The notes below the pieces were generated by a model that worked only from the letters and a program-made list of their open reading frames with translations, ran no database searches and was not told where the DNA came from. DNA of 64,000 nt from Candidatus Babeliales bacterium (lineage in GTDB: Bacteria > Babelota > Babeliae > Babelales > JANWKD01), in assembly GCA_963701665.1 (NCBI GenBank), contig OY969622.1, forward strand, positions 832,001 through 896,000. Reading direction: 5' to 3'. Both the position numbers and the translations under genes were made by a program. This document shows, piece by piece, positions 37,876 to 47,511 of this stretch; the first letter of the stretch is position 1, and every line of letters starts with the position of its first letter.

Positions 37876-38013
37876 TTAATGCTTACATTTACCATTACAT
37901 TGATGTTGGCCCTGCTGATTATTGTTTGGTTGTTGTTGAGTTTGTGCAACAACAGAAGAAACAATAAGAGACATGCCTAACAATGTAACAAAAAATAACT
38001 TTTGGATTTTCAT
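37876..38013 (-). CDS. Small secreted peptide (45 aa), not in the ORF track
   Basis: MKIQKLFFVTLLGMSLIVSSVVA-QTQQQPNNNQQGQHQCNGKCKH*; GGAAGGA RBS; downstream terminator. Confidence 0.7.
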   Translation of the reverse strand: MKIQKLFFVTLLGMSLIVSSVVAQTQQQPNNNQQGQHQCNGKCKH

Positions 38014-38105
38014 GAAAATTCCTTCCATTCAATGTGTTGAAACTGTTGTAATAACCATCACATAGTTTAGAGATTTTTTTCTTTTTCTCAACCGGTACAA
38101 ATTTC

Positions 38106-38714
38106 TTACAATGCCGTGCGATAATTTTCTTCAACTTGATCCCAATTGACAACATGCCACCACGCTGAAATATAATCCCCTCGCCTATTTTGATAATGCA
38201 AATAATACGCGTGTTCCCATACATCAAGCCCTAAAATTGGTATCATGCCACTCGAAAATGGATTATCTTGATTTGCTGTTGAGGTTATTATCAGATCCCC
38301 TTTTGTATCGAGGCATAGCCATGCCCATCCACTGCCAAAGCGTGTTTTTGCTGCTTTAGAAAATTCTTCTTTGAACGGTTCAGATCCTCCAAATTTTTTA
38401 TGAATTGCTTCCGCAGACTTGCCTTTTGGTTCACCACCACCATTTTTCTTCATCATCTTCCAAAACATTGCGTGGTTTAATTCTCCACCGCCAGAATTGC
38501 GTATTCCGGTACGCGCGCCTTCGGGCAATGAATTTAAATTGCGCAAAAGCTCAACTAATGGTGTAGCTTGCAATTCAGGATAATCTTCCAGCGTTTTATT
38601 AAGCCCATCAATATACGCTTGTTGATGCATGTCATGATGAAGTTCCATAGTACGTGTATCAATATATGGTTCTAACGCATCATAGGAATAAGGAAGTGCC
38701 GATAATTTATACAT
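38106..38714 (-). CDS. sodA: Superoxide dismutase (Mn/Fe family)
   Basis: LPYSYDALEPYID, HHDMH, FGSGWAWL, DVWEHAYY; the GGG motif suggests the Mn type. Confidence 0.93.
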   Translation of the reverse strand: MYKLSALPYSYDALEPYIDTRTMELHHDMHQQAYIDGLNKTLEDYPELQATPLVELLRNLNSLPEGARTGIRNSGGGELNHAMFWKMMKKNGGGEPKGKSAEAIHKKFGGSEPFKEEFSKAAKTRFGSGWAWLCLDTKGDLIITSTANQDNPFSSGMIPILGLDVWEHAYYLHYQNRRGDYISAWWHVVNWDQVEENYRTAL

Positions 38715-38729
38715 TCGATGTTTCCTTTT

Positions 38730-39011
38730 TTAGGAAGTAAAATAGACAATATCATCTTTATATGCCATATGCAGTTTTTCTCGTGCCAGTTGTTCATAAT
38801 AAAATTCCGCGTATGATTGCCACAATATTTCTTCTTCATGGAGCTTTTCAAGGTCTTGTTTGAGCGTCGCAATATCAACTTGTAAATCACCATTTTCTTT
38901 TTTGAGCGCTCGATAGGTATGAATGCCATGCGAACCAAAAATAAAAATTGCTAGCACTATCATAACCTCACCAATACACACTAAGCGAATAGTTTTATGA
39001 AATACTGTCAT
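38730..39011 (-). CDS. Septum formation initiator (FtsB/DivIC family)
   Basis: TM helix, leucine-zipper-like segment, EQLAREKLHM motif. Confidence 0.75.
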   Translation of the reverse strand: MTVFHKTIRLVCIGEVMIVLAIFIFGSHGIHTYRALKKENGDLQVDIATLKQDLEKLHEEEILWQSYAEFYYEQLAREKLHMAYKDDIVYFTS

Positions 39012-39029
39012 CCTATCCCTCTCTCTTTT

Positions 39030-39923
39030 TTATGGTTCTGCTTGAGCATATTGCACGCTATCACGATGGCGCACAATATAATGTACATTCTCCAAGGGTA
39101 ATGCGGCTAACGCTTCAACAAGCGCAACTGAACGATGTCGCCCCCCAGTACAGCCAATTGCAATATTCATAAAAAACCGCCCTTCTGCCGATGCTTTTTT
39201 TATCGAATAATGCACAAAATCAACCAGTTTTGGCCAATACTCGTTCAATTCTGGCTGTGCAAATAAGAAATCTCGAATTTCTTGCGATGTGCCATCAAGC
39301 GGTCGTAGTGATGGAATAAAATACGGGTTTGGTAAAAAACGTACGTCATATACTGAGTTACTTTCATGCGGCACACCATATTTGAACCCAAACGAAATCA
39401 AATTCACAATCAATTGAGGCTGCGCGCTTTGTGCAAATGAATTACGCACAAACCTGCGCAGTTGATGAATCGTTAGTTGATCGGTTGCTAACACTAAATC
39501 TGATAATTCCATAAGGGGTTTGAGCAACTGTTGTTCATACGCGATCGCCTCAGAAAGAGAACGCGTGTGTGCAAGAGGATGATTTCTGCGCGTTTCTTGA
39601 AAACGTTTCATCAAAACTTCTGGGCTCGATGTTAAAAAAAATATTTTCATGGGATACGTACGCAGTGCGTTTCCTTTATTTAATTCATCAACTAAATCGT
39701 GCATATTTTGGCCGCTGCGCACATCAATGCCAAGCGCAACTTTTTGGCCAATCATGGTCGATTGAGAAACTAATTGAAAGAAAGAATGTAATAAAGGAAT
39801 TGGTAAGTTATCAACACAAAAAAAACCGATATCTTCAAGCGCACGCAGTACGGTACTTTTACCTGCACCTGAATAACCAGTAACCATCAACAACTGTGAT
39901 TGATTATCCGCGCTTAAGTACAT
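39030..39923 (-). CDS. rapZ: RNase adapter RapZ / YvcJ family P-loop protein
   Basis: VTGYSGAGKS, FCVDNLP, ETRRNHPL, SFGFKYG, DVRFLPNP, IGCTGGRHRSV. Start estimated. Confidence 0.93.
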   Translation of the reverse strand: MYLSADNQSQLLMVTGYSGAGKSTVLRALEDIGFFCVDNLPIPLLHSFFQLVSQSTMIGQKVALGIDVRSGQNMHDLVDELNKGNALRTYPMKIFFLTSSPEVLMKRFQETRRNHPLAHTRSLSEAIAYEQQLLKPLMELSDLVLATDQLTIHQLRRFVRNSFAQSAQPQLIVNLISFGFKYGVPHESNSVYDVRFLPNPYFIPSLRPLDGTSQEIRDFLFAQPELNEYWPKLVDFVHYSIKKASAEGRFFMNIAIGCTGGRHRSVALVEALAALPLENVHYIVRHRDSVQYAQAEP

Positions 39924-40148
39924 TGATGATGAAGCATCGTGGCATTTTTCTATCATTCTCATCTTCTTTGCATGAAAAAAAGCGTACTTTATTTGATTTT
40001 TACCATGTTTTGTGATTTTAATGCAAGGCTTACGCTTGCGTAATTTTAGATTTCTGAGTATGTATGATGAGTATAATCGCAAAAAAATAACATGACTACT
40101 CAAAAGGCGTGTTCATAAGGATTTTATAGCGTAAAAAAAGGAAAGCTC

Positions 40149-41621
40149 ATGAAATGCTCCGCGTATATTGTCCCCTTTATTATCCTCATGCTTATGTTTT
40201 CATATTTTGATAACGGAGTTTATGCCGTAGAAGAAGCACCAGATTTTGAAACGTGCGCTTATCGAGGCTGCAAAACCATTGCAGAATCATTTCACCTCAT
40301 TCAGCATAAATATTTTGAAAAAGTAAATCCTGAAAAAGCGATCGTTAATTCCCTCGATACCCTTTTTCAAACACTCGATCCGCATTCAAAATTTATGGAT
40401 CAAAAACAATTTAAAGAAATTTTAGAGTCAACCCAAGGTGAATTTTGTGGTATTGGTATCATTGTTGATAATACTAAAAAAGATAAAGATGAATTCCTTA
40501 AAATTGTTGATACCATTCCAGCCGGCCCATCTGATAAAGCTGGATTACGCCCTGGCGATACGATCGTTCAAATTAATGATGACACCGTAAAAGATATGTC
40601 AGTGGAAGAGATTATTGCTAAATTGAAAGGCAAACGTAATACGACCGTCAATCTGCGCGTGCAACGCACAGGAAATCGCGAATTGCTTTCTTTTACCATT
40701 ACGCGTGATATCGTCAAAGAACAAAACGCATTGTGCTACCATTTTAAAGATCACAATATGTATTATCTTGCCCTCAATATGTTTACCGAAAAATCATGTA
40801 AACAGTTAGAGGCCCTCATCAAAAAATGCATATCAACAAAATCAAAAGGGCTCATTCTTGATTTACGTAACAATTCCGGTGGCCTTTTAACCTCCGTTGT
40901 TGATATCTCCGGTCTTTTCATCGAGAAAAACTCAGTTGTTGTCGTAACCAAAGATCGTGAAAAAAATGCCATAAACACATTTTCAACGACACGAAATGAA
41001 CCCATATCCGTTAATGGGCTTCCTATTTTCATTCTTACCAATAATTTTACCGCGTCAGCAGCAGAAATTTTGGCAGGCGTATTGCGTTCCTATTCAGATG
41101 ATTATTCAAAACAAGCTGCCAACAAACAAAAGTTATTAGTATTCATCGCAGGTTCGACAACCTATGGCAAAGGTTCAGTACAAGAAGTTATTCCTGTAAG
41201 CAATGATTGTGCCGTAAAATTAACGACCGCACTATATTATTTACCCCATGATATTTCTATTCAAGGCGTTGGGATTAAGCCTGATTTTCCCATTGAACAA
41301 CGCTTTGCACCAACAGCAGACATGGAATGGTTTACTAACTTTTTTGGCTATGAGCACAATCTCAAAAACTCAATTAAACATGAACGTACGCCTCAATCAA
41401 AAAAAGAAGAGCCAAAAAAGGAAAAAACCTGGCAAGAAAAGAAACAGGATCTTATTGGATCCGATTATGTTATTTTGAGCACCATGCGCCTTATTGAAAT
41501 GCTTGATATGGGCAAAAAAGCATATCCAAATAAATTACAATCTCGCGCGGAATGTATTACGTTTTTGAATCGTACCTACAATGTGCAGGATTCAATAACC
41601 ATGGAAGAAATCAAGTGCTAA
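40149..41621 (+). CDS. ctpA: Carboxyl-terminal processing protease (S41, PDZ domain)
   Basis: LDPHS, GIGI PDZ, ILDLRNNSGG, TASAAEILAG, TYGKGSVQ. Confidence 0.92.
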   Translation: MKCSAYIVPFIILMLMFSYFDNGVYAVEEAPDFETCAYRGCKTIAESFHLIQHKYFEKVNPEKAIVNSLDTLFQTLDPHSKFMDQKQFKEILESTQGEFCGIGIIVDNTKKDKDEFLKIVDTIPAGPSDKAGLRPGDTIVQINDDTVKDMSVEEIIAKLKGKRNTTVNLRVQRTGNRELLSFTITRDIVKEQNALCYHFKDHNMYYLALNMFTEKSCKQLEALIKKCISTKSKGLILDLRNNSGGLLTSVVDISGLFIEKNSVVVVTKDREKNAINTFSTTRNEPISVNGLPIFILTNNFTASAAEILAGVLRSYSDDYSKQAANKQKLLVFIAGSTTYGKGSVQEVIPVSNDCAVKLTTALYYLPHDISIQGVGIKPDFPIEQRFAPTADMEWFTNFFGYEHNLKNSIKHERTPQSKKEEPKKEKTWQEKKQDLIGSDYVILSTMRLIEMLDMGKKAYPNKLQSRAECITFLNRTYNVQDSITMEEIKC

Positions 41622-41675
41622 TTCTTGCCTTATGTAAGACCACTACGGTAGGCTTACAATAAACAAGGACGGTAT

Positions 41676-42524
41676 ATGATAGTAAAAATATTCAAATATT
41701 TCTTCAGCGTAGCACTTATATGCTCATATTATCTCTGTTATGGCGCACAGATTGGCGAAAGAGTTGAACCTCAAGAACGACTTGAAGTTATTGATGGAAA
41801 AATTGAGGAAAGCAAAAGAAAATCATTAGAAGAAGAACGCGCAATAAAAAAAGCTGAAGATGAACTGAGAAAATACAAGCAGAACTTGAAAGATGCCCAA
41901 TCTCCAGAGCAAAAAAAAAGAGTTGAAGAAAAAATATCCATCGCTCAAAAAACGCGCGACACCGCATCAGAAAATAAAAGCAAAGAAGATACGATAATCA
42001 AAAAGTTAGTTTCAGAAAAAGAAACGGTGCAAGCACTTCAAAAGAGCTTGGTCGCAGAAGCTTCCTCAACAGGGCAAGGACAAGAATCTCTCGTTGAAGA
42101 GCAATATAAACGGTGCATCGAAGAAAAAATAGCTGAATATTTCGAACTTAAAAAAGAACGTACAACTCAATCACAGAAAAAAGTTCTTGAACAATTGGCA
42201 ACGGCAATAAAAAAATTGATTTCATATGAATGGGTTACGTTTGCAAATTCTGATACGTATACACAGCCCATGTGGGAAGCAGTGAGAGAAAAAGCACTCA
42301 AGGCAAAGCCCGGTGACAAAAGTTATGATGCTACCTATAAAAAATTATTGGACGATGTTACCGATTTAAGAACAAGCCTTGAACGACTAACGGGAAAAAA
42401 ATTACTTGCATCACCAGGTAAGATTGGCATTGATTGCTCATTTGGCTATTTTGCAACAAAGACTATCACAAAAAAAATCTTAGAAACAGTAGATATAGAT
42501 GCTGGCTCAGGTTATGATATGTAA
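41676..42524 (+). CDS. Secreted coiled-coil hypothetical protein
   Basis: Signal peptide; E/K-rich helical sequence. Confidence 0.75.
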   Translation: MIVKIFKYFFSVALICSYYLCYGAQIGERVEPQERLEVIDGKIEESKRKSLEEERAIKKAEDELRKYKQNLKDAQSPEQKKRVEEKISIAQKTRDTASENKSKEDTIIKKLVSEKETVQALQKSLVAEASSTGQGQESLVEEQYKRCIEEKIAEYFELKKERTTQSQKKVLEQLATAIKKLISYEWVTFANSDTYTQPMWEAVREKALKAKPGDKSYDATYKKLLDDVTDLRTSLERLTGKKLLASPGKIGIDCSFGYFATKTITKKILETVDIDAGSGYDM

Positions 42525-42571
42525 AATACTTAGACATATTTTCTATTTGTAATCAAAAGCACAATACCCTT

Positions 42572-42600
42572 TTGACAGAATCCCCCAAAAAAGGTAATCT
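42572..42600 (+). promoter_or_regulatory. Putative sigma70 promoter
   Basis: TTGACA-17 nt-TAATCT. Confidence 0.5.
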
Positions 42601-42667
42601 TTTTGATGTATAGTATTAAAATTACTGAGTAATTCAGCTAATTTTTTCTTTGCGAAAGTGTCTGTGT

Positions 42668-42802
42668 ATGTGTAAAAAAAATAAATATCGTATTATTGCT
42701 TCAATTAGCTCCAGTTTAGTTTTTTTATTCATCTTTATTCTAGCAAGCACTAACCCGCCTCACACCCCAAAATCTCCCCTTAAAATTCATGAAAATCGCT
42801 AA
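42668..42802 (+). CDS. Putative small single-TM protein (44 aa), not in the ORF track
   Basis: MCKKNKYRIIASISSSLVFLFIFILASTNPPHTPKSPLKIHENR*; basic N-terminus plus hydrophobic helix, downstream of a consensus-like promoter; no clear RBS. Confidence 0.4.
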   Translation: MCKKNKYRIIASISSSLVFLFIFILASTNPPHTPKSPLKIHENR

Positions 42803-42871
42803 AAACAAACTCTAAGCTGTTTTTTAGGTTCAACAACTATAACTCCCTTAAGACCTATAGCTTTCTTCAAA

Positions 42872-42899
42872 TTGACAAATATAAATATATTGCTATATT
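42872..42899 (+). promoter_or_regulatory. Putative sigma70 promoter of the LRR gene
   Basis: TTGACA-16 nt-TATATT with TGn extension. Confidence 0.55.
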
Positions 42900-42935
42900 T
42901 ATAGTATATTTAAGCATTTTTTAAAAGAGTCTTTT

Positions 42936-44315
42936 ATGAAGAAACTATATCTCATAGCATTAGTATTTATTTCTTCCATCTCGAGTATGGAACAGCAGCC
43001 TTTGCTCGTTCAAGCACAGACTACCAATAAAATCATTGAAGATTACTATGGCAATAGATTTACTATTCCGGCATCATGCGTCGGTTTGGTCAAATTGTTT
43101 GATCATGCCAATATTTTTGAAAATGAATCGCCTATTGATTATGCTTTTTCAAAAAAGGAATTTGATTTTCAGTATGATGACGGACTACATGATAAGTTTA
43201 AAGCAGTAGATACATCCGCCCAACCCTTTTTTAGTTTTTTCGAACGTAAAGCAGGTGATGTACCACTTTCAAGAAAAATCTTAATCAATGCATTAACCTG
43301 CATTAAAAGACCTAGATACAGTTCTTATTATGAAAAAGATACTATCAAATCTGTTTTGGCTGCGATAAATTATCTTAGTCCCCAAAAAGAAAAAGTTCTG
43401 AAGAAATTTGTTCAACGAGCAAAAGAGATAATTCCTGAAGAAGAATTAGATAACGATGATCAAATCGATACTACTATTCTAAATGATTTTTATGGGATTG
43501 GTGCCGTTACGCGATTATTAAACCAAAATGATGTTCTTGTAAAATATGATGGTAACCTATGTTTCATAGACCTCTCCGGAAAATCACTTAATAATCTCAA
43601 TGGAATAGCAAAAATAAAGATCCTTAATGGCGCAAAGTGTTATCTTATTGATATTAGCAATAATAATCTGAAGGAACTTGATATAAATCGTCTTCTCAAA
43701 GAAATTCCTACATTAACTGGTCTAAACGCACCTACAGGTTTAAGCGCACCCACTGGGATAGCCGCACTCAATAATAAGATAACAAAAGTCATTTTCCCCC
43801 GATGTCCTTTACCCAGGGGACTGTGGATTGATTTAAATAAAAATAACATTACTAATCTGAAAGAGATGTATTTAAATATGGGATCTAAGATTGATCTAAG
43901 GAATAATCCTTTAACTGAAGATAGCCGCAAAAATGTAGAAAGAGCTTGTAAATTAGGCTTTCTATTAAGAAACAAATTTTGGTTACTGGATGGGACAAAA
44001 ACATGGGCTAACAATATTCCTGAAATCTTGTATTCAAGTGGGATAGCTGCGGCACTTGTTCCCGGAGTTTTTTATGGGGGCGCGATTATTACTAATTGGA
44101 GAGATGCAAATCTTTTACGCGAATCTGTAAATCTTTTATTTGATAAAGGCTTCTGGATAGTTAGTGCAGCATTTTCTGCCGTAGTATTTACCATAGGTTC
44201 AGTAGGTATTTCGACCCTCTCACTCCCGTGCCATATAGCTTATGGTCATTATAAAAGTTATTCTGATTTCCCCGAAGTTTTTTTACCTGAAAAAAACCCA
44301 ACAGAAAATAAGTAA
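42936..44315 (+). CDS. Secreted leucine-rich-repeat protein with C-terminal hydrophobic helices
   Basis: IDLSGKSLNNL, IDISNNNLKEL, IDLNKNNITNL, IDLRNNPL repeats; signal peptide then SMEQ. Confidence 0.8.
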   Translation: MKKLYLIALVFISSISSMEQQPLLVQAQTTNKIIEDYYGNRFTIPASCVGLVKLFDHANIFENESPIDYAFSKKEFDFQYDDGLHDKFKAVDTSAQPFFSFFERKAGDVPLSRKILINALTCIKRPRYSSYYEKDTIKSVLAAINYLSPQKEKVLKKFVQRAKEIIPEEELDNDDQIDTTILNDFYGIGAVTRLLNQNDVLVKYDGNLCFIDLSGKSLNNLNGIAKIKILNGAKCYLIDISNNNLKELDINRLLKEIPTLTGLNAPTGLSAPTGIAALNNKITKVIFPRCPLPRGLWIDLNKNNITNLKEMYLNMGSKIDLRNNPLTEDSRKNVERACKLGFLLRNKFWLLDGTKTWANNIPEILYSSGIAAALVPGVFYGGAIITNWRDANLLRESVNLLFDKGFWIVSAAFSAVVFTIGSVGISTLSLPCHIAYGHYKSYSDFPEVFLPEKNPTENK

Positions 44316-44319
44316 CATC

Positions 44320-46164
44320 TCACTCCACCGTCACTGATTTTGCCAAATTGCGCGGTTTATCGATAGGACAGCCAAGTTCTTTGGCAATTTGATAGACAAA
44401 GAATTGCATGAGCCCCGTCATGGCGAGTGGCGCAAGCAGTTTCGAAACGCGCGGAATAACAAATAATTGATCAGCTAATTGCATGAGCTCTTCTTGCCCC
44501 TCGAATGCAAAAATCACTAAATGGCCTTTGCGCGCTTTCACTTCTTGAGCGTTTGAAACCAATTTTGGATATACTAGTTCATCGAGACAAGAAAATAAAA
44601 AGATCGGCGTTTCAGCATCAATGAGCGCAATCGGCCCGTGTTTGAGCTCTCCTGCAGGATAACATTGCGCAAATATATAAGAAATTTCTTTAAGTTTTAG
44701 CGCCGATTCCATGGCAAATGGATAACTAATATGCCTGCCTAAAAAAATGCATCTTTTATATTCAGCATAACGAGGCGCGAGTGTTGAGATGATATCATCT
44801 TTATATAATTCGATCGCATCTTCAAGAACGTGTGCCGCAATAGCAAGATCTTGGCACGCGCGTTCAATTGCATCAGCAGGCAAAATACCTTTTTCAATAG
44901 CAATTTTATGCGCGAGCCAATATAAGGTAGCAAGTTGCGTGGAAAATGCTTTTGTTGACGCCACGGCAATCTCTTGCCCCGCGTGCGTTACTAAGTATCC
45001 GCCCGCTTCACGCGCAACGGTGCTTGATGCAACATTGGTGAGCCCAACGGTGTGTAATCCATGGCCATTAACCATGCGTAATGCTTCTAACGTATCAGCC
45101 GTTTCGCCAGATTGTGTAATGGCGACATATAACCCCTGTGTATCGGGAAAGAATGACATGAGACGAAATTCTGAAGCGAGTGCAACTTTGGTGGGAAGTT
45201 TGGTGATTTCTTCAAAAAAGAATTGCGCAATACGCGCGGCATGCCAGGAAGTTCCACAGCCAATGAGCGTTAAAGAGCTCATTTTTTTTATGTAATCTGC
45301 CGAAACTCCGAGATTTGACCATAAATTTTGGCCAAGAATCTGTAATGAAAGAATAGTTTTTTGTATGACTTGTTTTTGCTCATAAATCTCTTTGAGCATA
45401 AAATGCTCGAATCCCTTTTTTTCAATGTCAATCCAACTGGTATCAACTTCTTGCACAACAGTAGGTAAAGGTATGCCAGAAAAACTATACAGTTTTACTT
45501 CATCTTTTTTTAATAATGCATAGGAATTATTGGGCAAAAAAAGTACTTTATTTGTTTTATCGGCGAATGCTAATAAATCTGATGACACAAACATTTCATG
45601 CTCGCCCACGCCGACACATAAAGGCGAACCTCGGCGCGCAATCAAAAGTTGATCAGGAAAATCTTGGCATATGCAAACGAGTGCATAAGCGCCCTCGAGT
45701 CGGTTAACGAGTGCCTCAAATGCTTCTTTGATAGATTTTTTTTCTTGTAACAATGATTCTAAAAGATGCGCCACTACTTCCGTATCAGTTTGTGAAACGA
45801 ACACGTGACCTTGGGCATGCAATTCTTGTTTGAGCGCGCGATAATTTTCAATGATGCCGTTGTGAGCGAGGGAAATTTTTCTATGACAATCAAATTGTGG
45901 ATGAGCGTTTTCTTGTGAAATGGCCCCGTGCGTTGCCCAACGGGTATGGCCGATACCCAGATGACCATCGATGGGTGATGCTTCGAGACACTCAATGAGA
46001 TTTGCTAAATGCCCTGTTGTTTTATGAGAAAGGATGCATGAATGTGCATCATTAAGACATGAAAATCCTGCTGAATCATAGCCTCGATATTCTAGGCGCG
46101 ATAAGCCTTGGATAACATATCCTTTGCTCCAACCATGACCAATATATCCTGCCAAACCACACAT
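44320..46164 (-). CDS. glmS: Glutamine--fructose-6-phosphate transaminase
   Basis: MCG start, LEYRGYDSAG, GHTRWATHG, QSGETADT, PRNLAKSVTVE. Confidence 0.97.
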   Translation of the reverse strand: MCGLAGYIGHGWSKGYVIQGLSRLEYRGYDSAGFSCLNDAHSCILSHKTTGHLANLIECLEASPIDGHLGIGHTRWATHGAISQENAHPQFDCHRKISLAHNGIIENYRALKQELHAQGHVFVSQTDTEVVAHLLESLLQEKKSIKEAFEALVNRLEGAYALVCICQDFPDQLLIARRGSPLCVGVGEHEMFVSSDLLAFADKTNKVLFLPNNSYALLKKDEVKLYSFSGIPLPTVVQEVDTSWIDIEKKGFEHFMLKEIYEQKQVIQKTILSLQILGQNLWSNLGVSADYIKKMSSLTLIGCGTSWHAARIAQFFFEEITKLPTKVALASEFRLMSFFPDTQGLYVAITQSGETADTLEALRMVNGHGLHTVGLTNVASSTVAREAGGYLVTHAGQEIAVASTKAFSTQLATLYWLAHKIAIEKGILPADAIERACQDLAIAAHVLEDAIELYKDDIISTLAPRYAEYKRCIFLGRHISYPFAMESALKLKEISYIFAQCYPAGELKHGPIALIDAETPIFLFSCLDELVYPKLVSNAQEVKARKGHLVIFAFEGQEELMQLADQLFVIPRVSKLLAPLAMTGLMQFFVYQIAKELGCPIDKPRNLAKSVTVE

Positions 46165-46234
46165 GATGGCTACTCCCCTTTTGAGTTTTTCTTGGCTTAT
46201 ATGTTACCAAAAGGCAAGCAAGACGAAAACGTTT

Positions 46235-46699
46235 TTAACGTTTAACAAACTGGAATTTACGTCGCGCTGCTTTTTGACCAGGTTTTTTACGTTCCTTAAG
46301 GCGAGCATCAACTGTCAATAGACCTGCTGCACGTAATACTGCACGATCAGCTTCATTTAATTTGACTAGTGCACGTGCAATACCCAATTTTACAGCATCA
46401 GCTTGCGAATTAAGACCACCGCCATTTACATTGGCATGAGCATCATAATGTAATGCGCTGCTTAATACCACAAAAGGTTTGTGGGCACTGATACGAGCAA
46501 CATCAGTATCAAAATAAACTTCATAATTTTTATCATTGACTGTGATTTTGCCGGAACCACGTCGCAAATCAACGCGCGCAACAGAGCTTTTACGTCTGCC
46601 AACACCATGTGATAAAGGCGCAGTTTTTACCTGCTTTTGACGAGGTTTGCTTGATTCGGCTTTTTTGCTTGGTGCCTTAACTTTTTTTGTTTCTTCCAT
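46235..46699 (-). CDS. rpsI: 30S ribosomal protein S9
   Basis: GRRKSSVARV, GGGLNSQADA, ERKKPG...ARRKFQFVKR. Confidence 0.96.
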   Translation of the reverse strand: MEETKKVKAPSKKAESSKPRQKQVKTAPLSHGVGRRKSSVARVDLRRGSGKITVNDKNYEVYFDTDVARISAHKPFVVLSSALHYDAHANVNGGGLNSQADAVKLGIARALVKLNEADRAVLRAAGLLTVDARLKERKKPGQKAARRKFQFVKR

Positions 46700-46863
46700 G
46701 AACAGTTTTTTAAAATCCTATTTTGAAAGGTTATTATTAATAAAAGTAATATATTTTATAATGCCAAAAATGAGGAAAATGTCAAAGTGATCTTTGACAT
46801 AAGAGAAGACCTATATTTTTTACAGTCTTCGTTTTATTTTTCTATTTATAACTTCCTGCAGGG

Positions 46864-47004
46864 CGAAGCCAGGCGTAGTTTGCCGAGCCTGAAGGCCCCT
46901 CCGTCGCTCATGAGCTATGGCGGGCTTCGCCGGATAAACGAAGACTGGCGAAGCCAATCGTAGCCAAGTAGTACATCGAAGTTTTTCCCCATGCAGGCGT
47001 AGAT
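46864..47004 (-). repeat. Two tandem tRNA-linked palindromic repeat units, one with a nested ~33-nt insert
   Basis: Starts at the tRNA-Thr CCA; units read CCARTCTWCG...CTACGnnTGGCTTCG; the second matches the 21501 copy plus an insert at about 46898..46930. Confidence 0.8.
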
Positions 47005-47080
47005 TGGAGCCGATGATCGGAGTCGAACCGACGACCTATTGATTACGAATCAATTGCTCTACCAACTGAGCTACATCGGC
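47005..47080 (-). tRNA. tRNA-Thr(CGT)
   Basis: GCCGATG acceptor stem, TAGCTCAGTTGGTAGAGC, anticodon arm ATTGA-TTCGTAA-TCAAT, GGTTCGACTCC, CCA; 76 nt. Confidence 0.96.
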
Positions 47081-47142
47081 TTACGACATCGTAGCGTAGC
47101 AAAAAAGAGCCCTTTTGTATAAATTTTCTAGAAAAAATACCG

Positions 47143-47511
47143 TTAGAGTTCTTTTTTTTCTTCTAACTGTTCTTGGCATAGCAAGCAACGCATCGCATTT
47201 GGATAGAGTTTGAGCCTTTTTTCAGATATGGGCTGGCTACAATCAAAACACTTGCCGTAGCTACCGTCATCGATCATTTCTAGTGCTTTTATGATACGGT
47301 TATATTCTTCAATTTCTGCATCCTGCAAAGAAATTTTGAGTGTTTCAAGAGAAGAGGACGAGGCTTGGTCACCACTATCTTGAACTTCGCCTGTGACTTT
47401 TTGCGAGTATAATTCCCCTAATTCAGAATCAAGCTCTTTCTTGCGTTTAAGAAGATCGTTTTTTATCGCTTCTAGCTGCTTTGGAGTGAGCCTGTTTTTA
47501 TCATCATTCAC
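47143..47511 (-). CDS. DksA/TraR family C4 zinc-finger protein
   Basis: DSGDQAS, GSYGKCFDC...ISEKRL..YP...CLLCQ; GTG start with AAGGAG RBS. Confidence 0.88.
   Translation of the reverse strand: MNDDKNRLTPKQLEAIKNDLLKRKKELDSELGELYSQKVTGEVQDSGDQASSSSLETLKISLQDAEIEEYNRIIKALEMIDDGSYGKCFDCSQPISEKRLKLYPNAMRCLLCQEQLEEKKEL

Noticed and set aside
42834..42856. AACTATAACTCCCTTAAG resembling an LSU rRNA homing-endonuclease site
   Set aside because: Short, imperfect match in AT-rich DNA with no rRNA context.
46165..46234. glmS ribozyme upstream of glmS
   Set aside because: Only 70 bp separate rpsI and glmS, too short, and no recognisable core.
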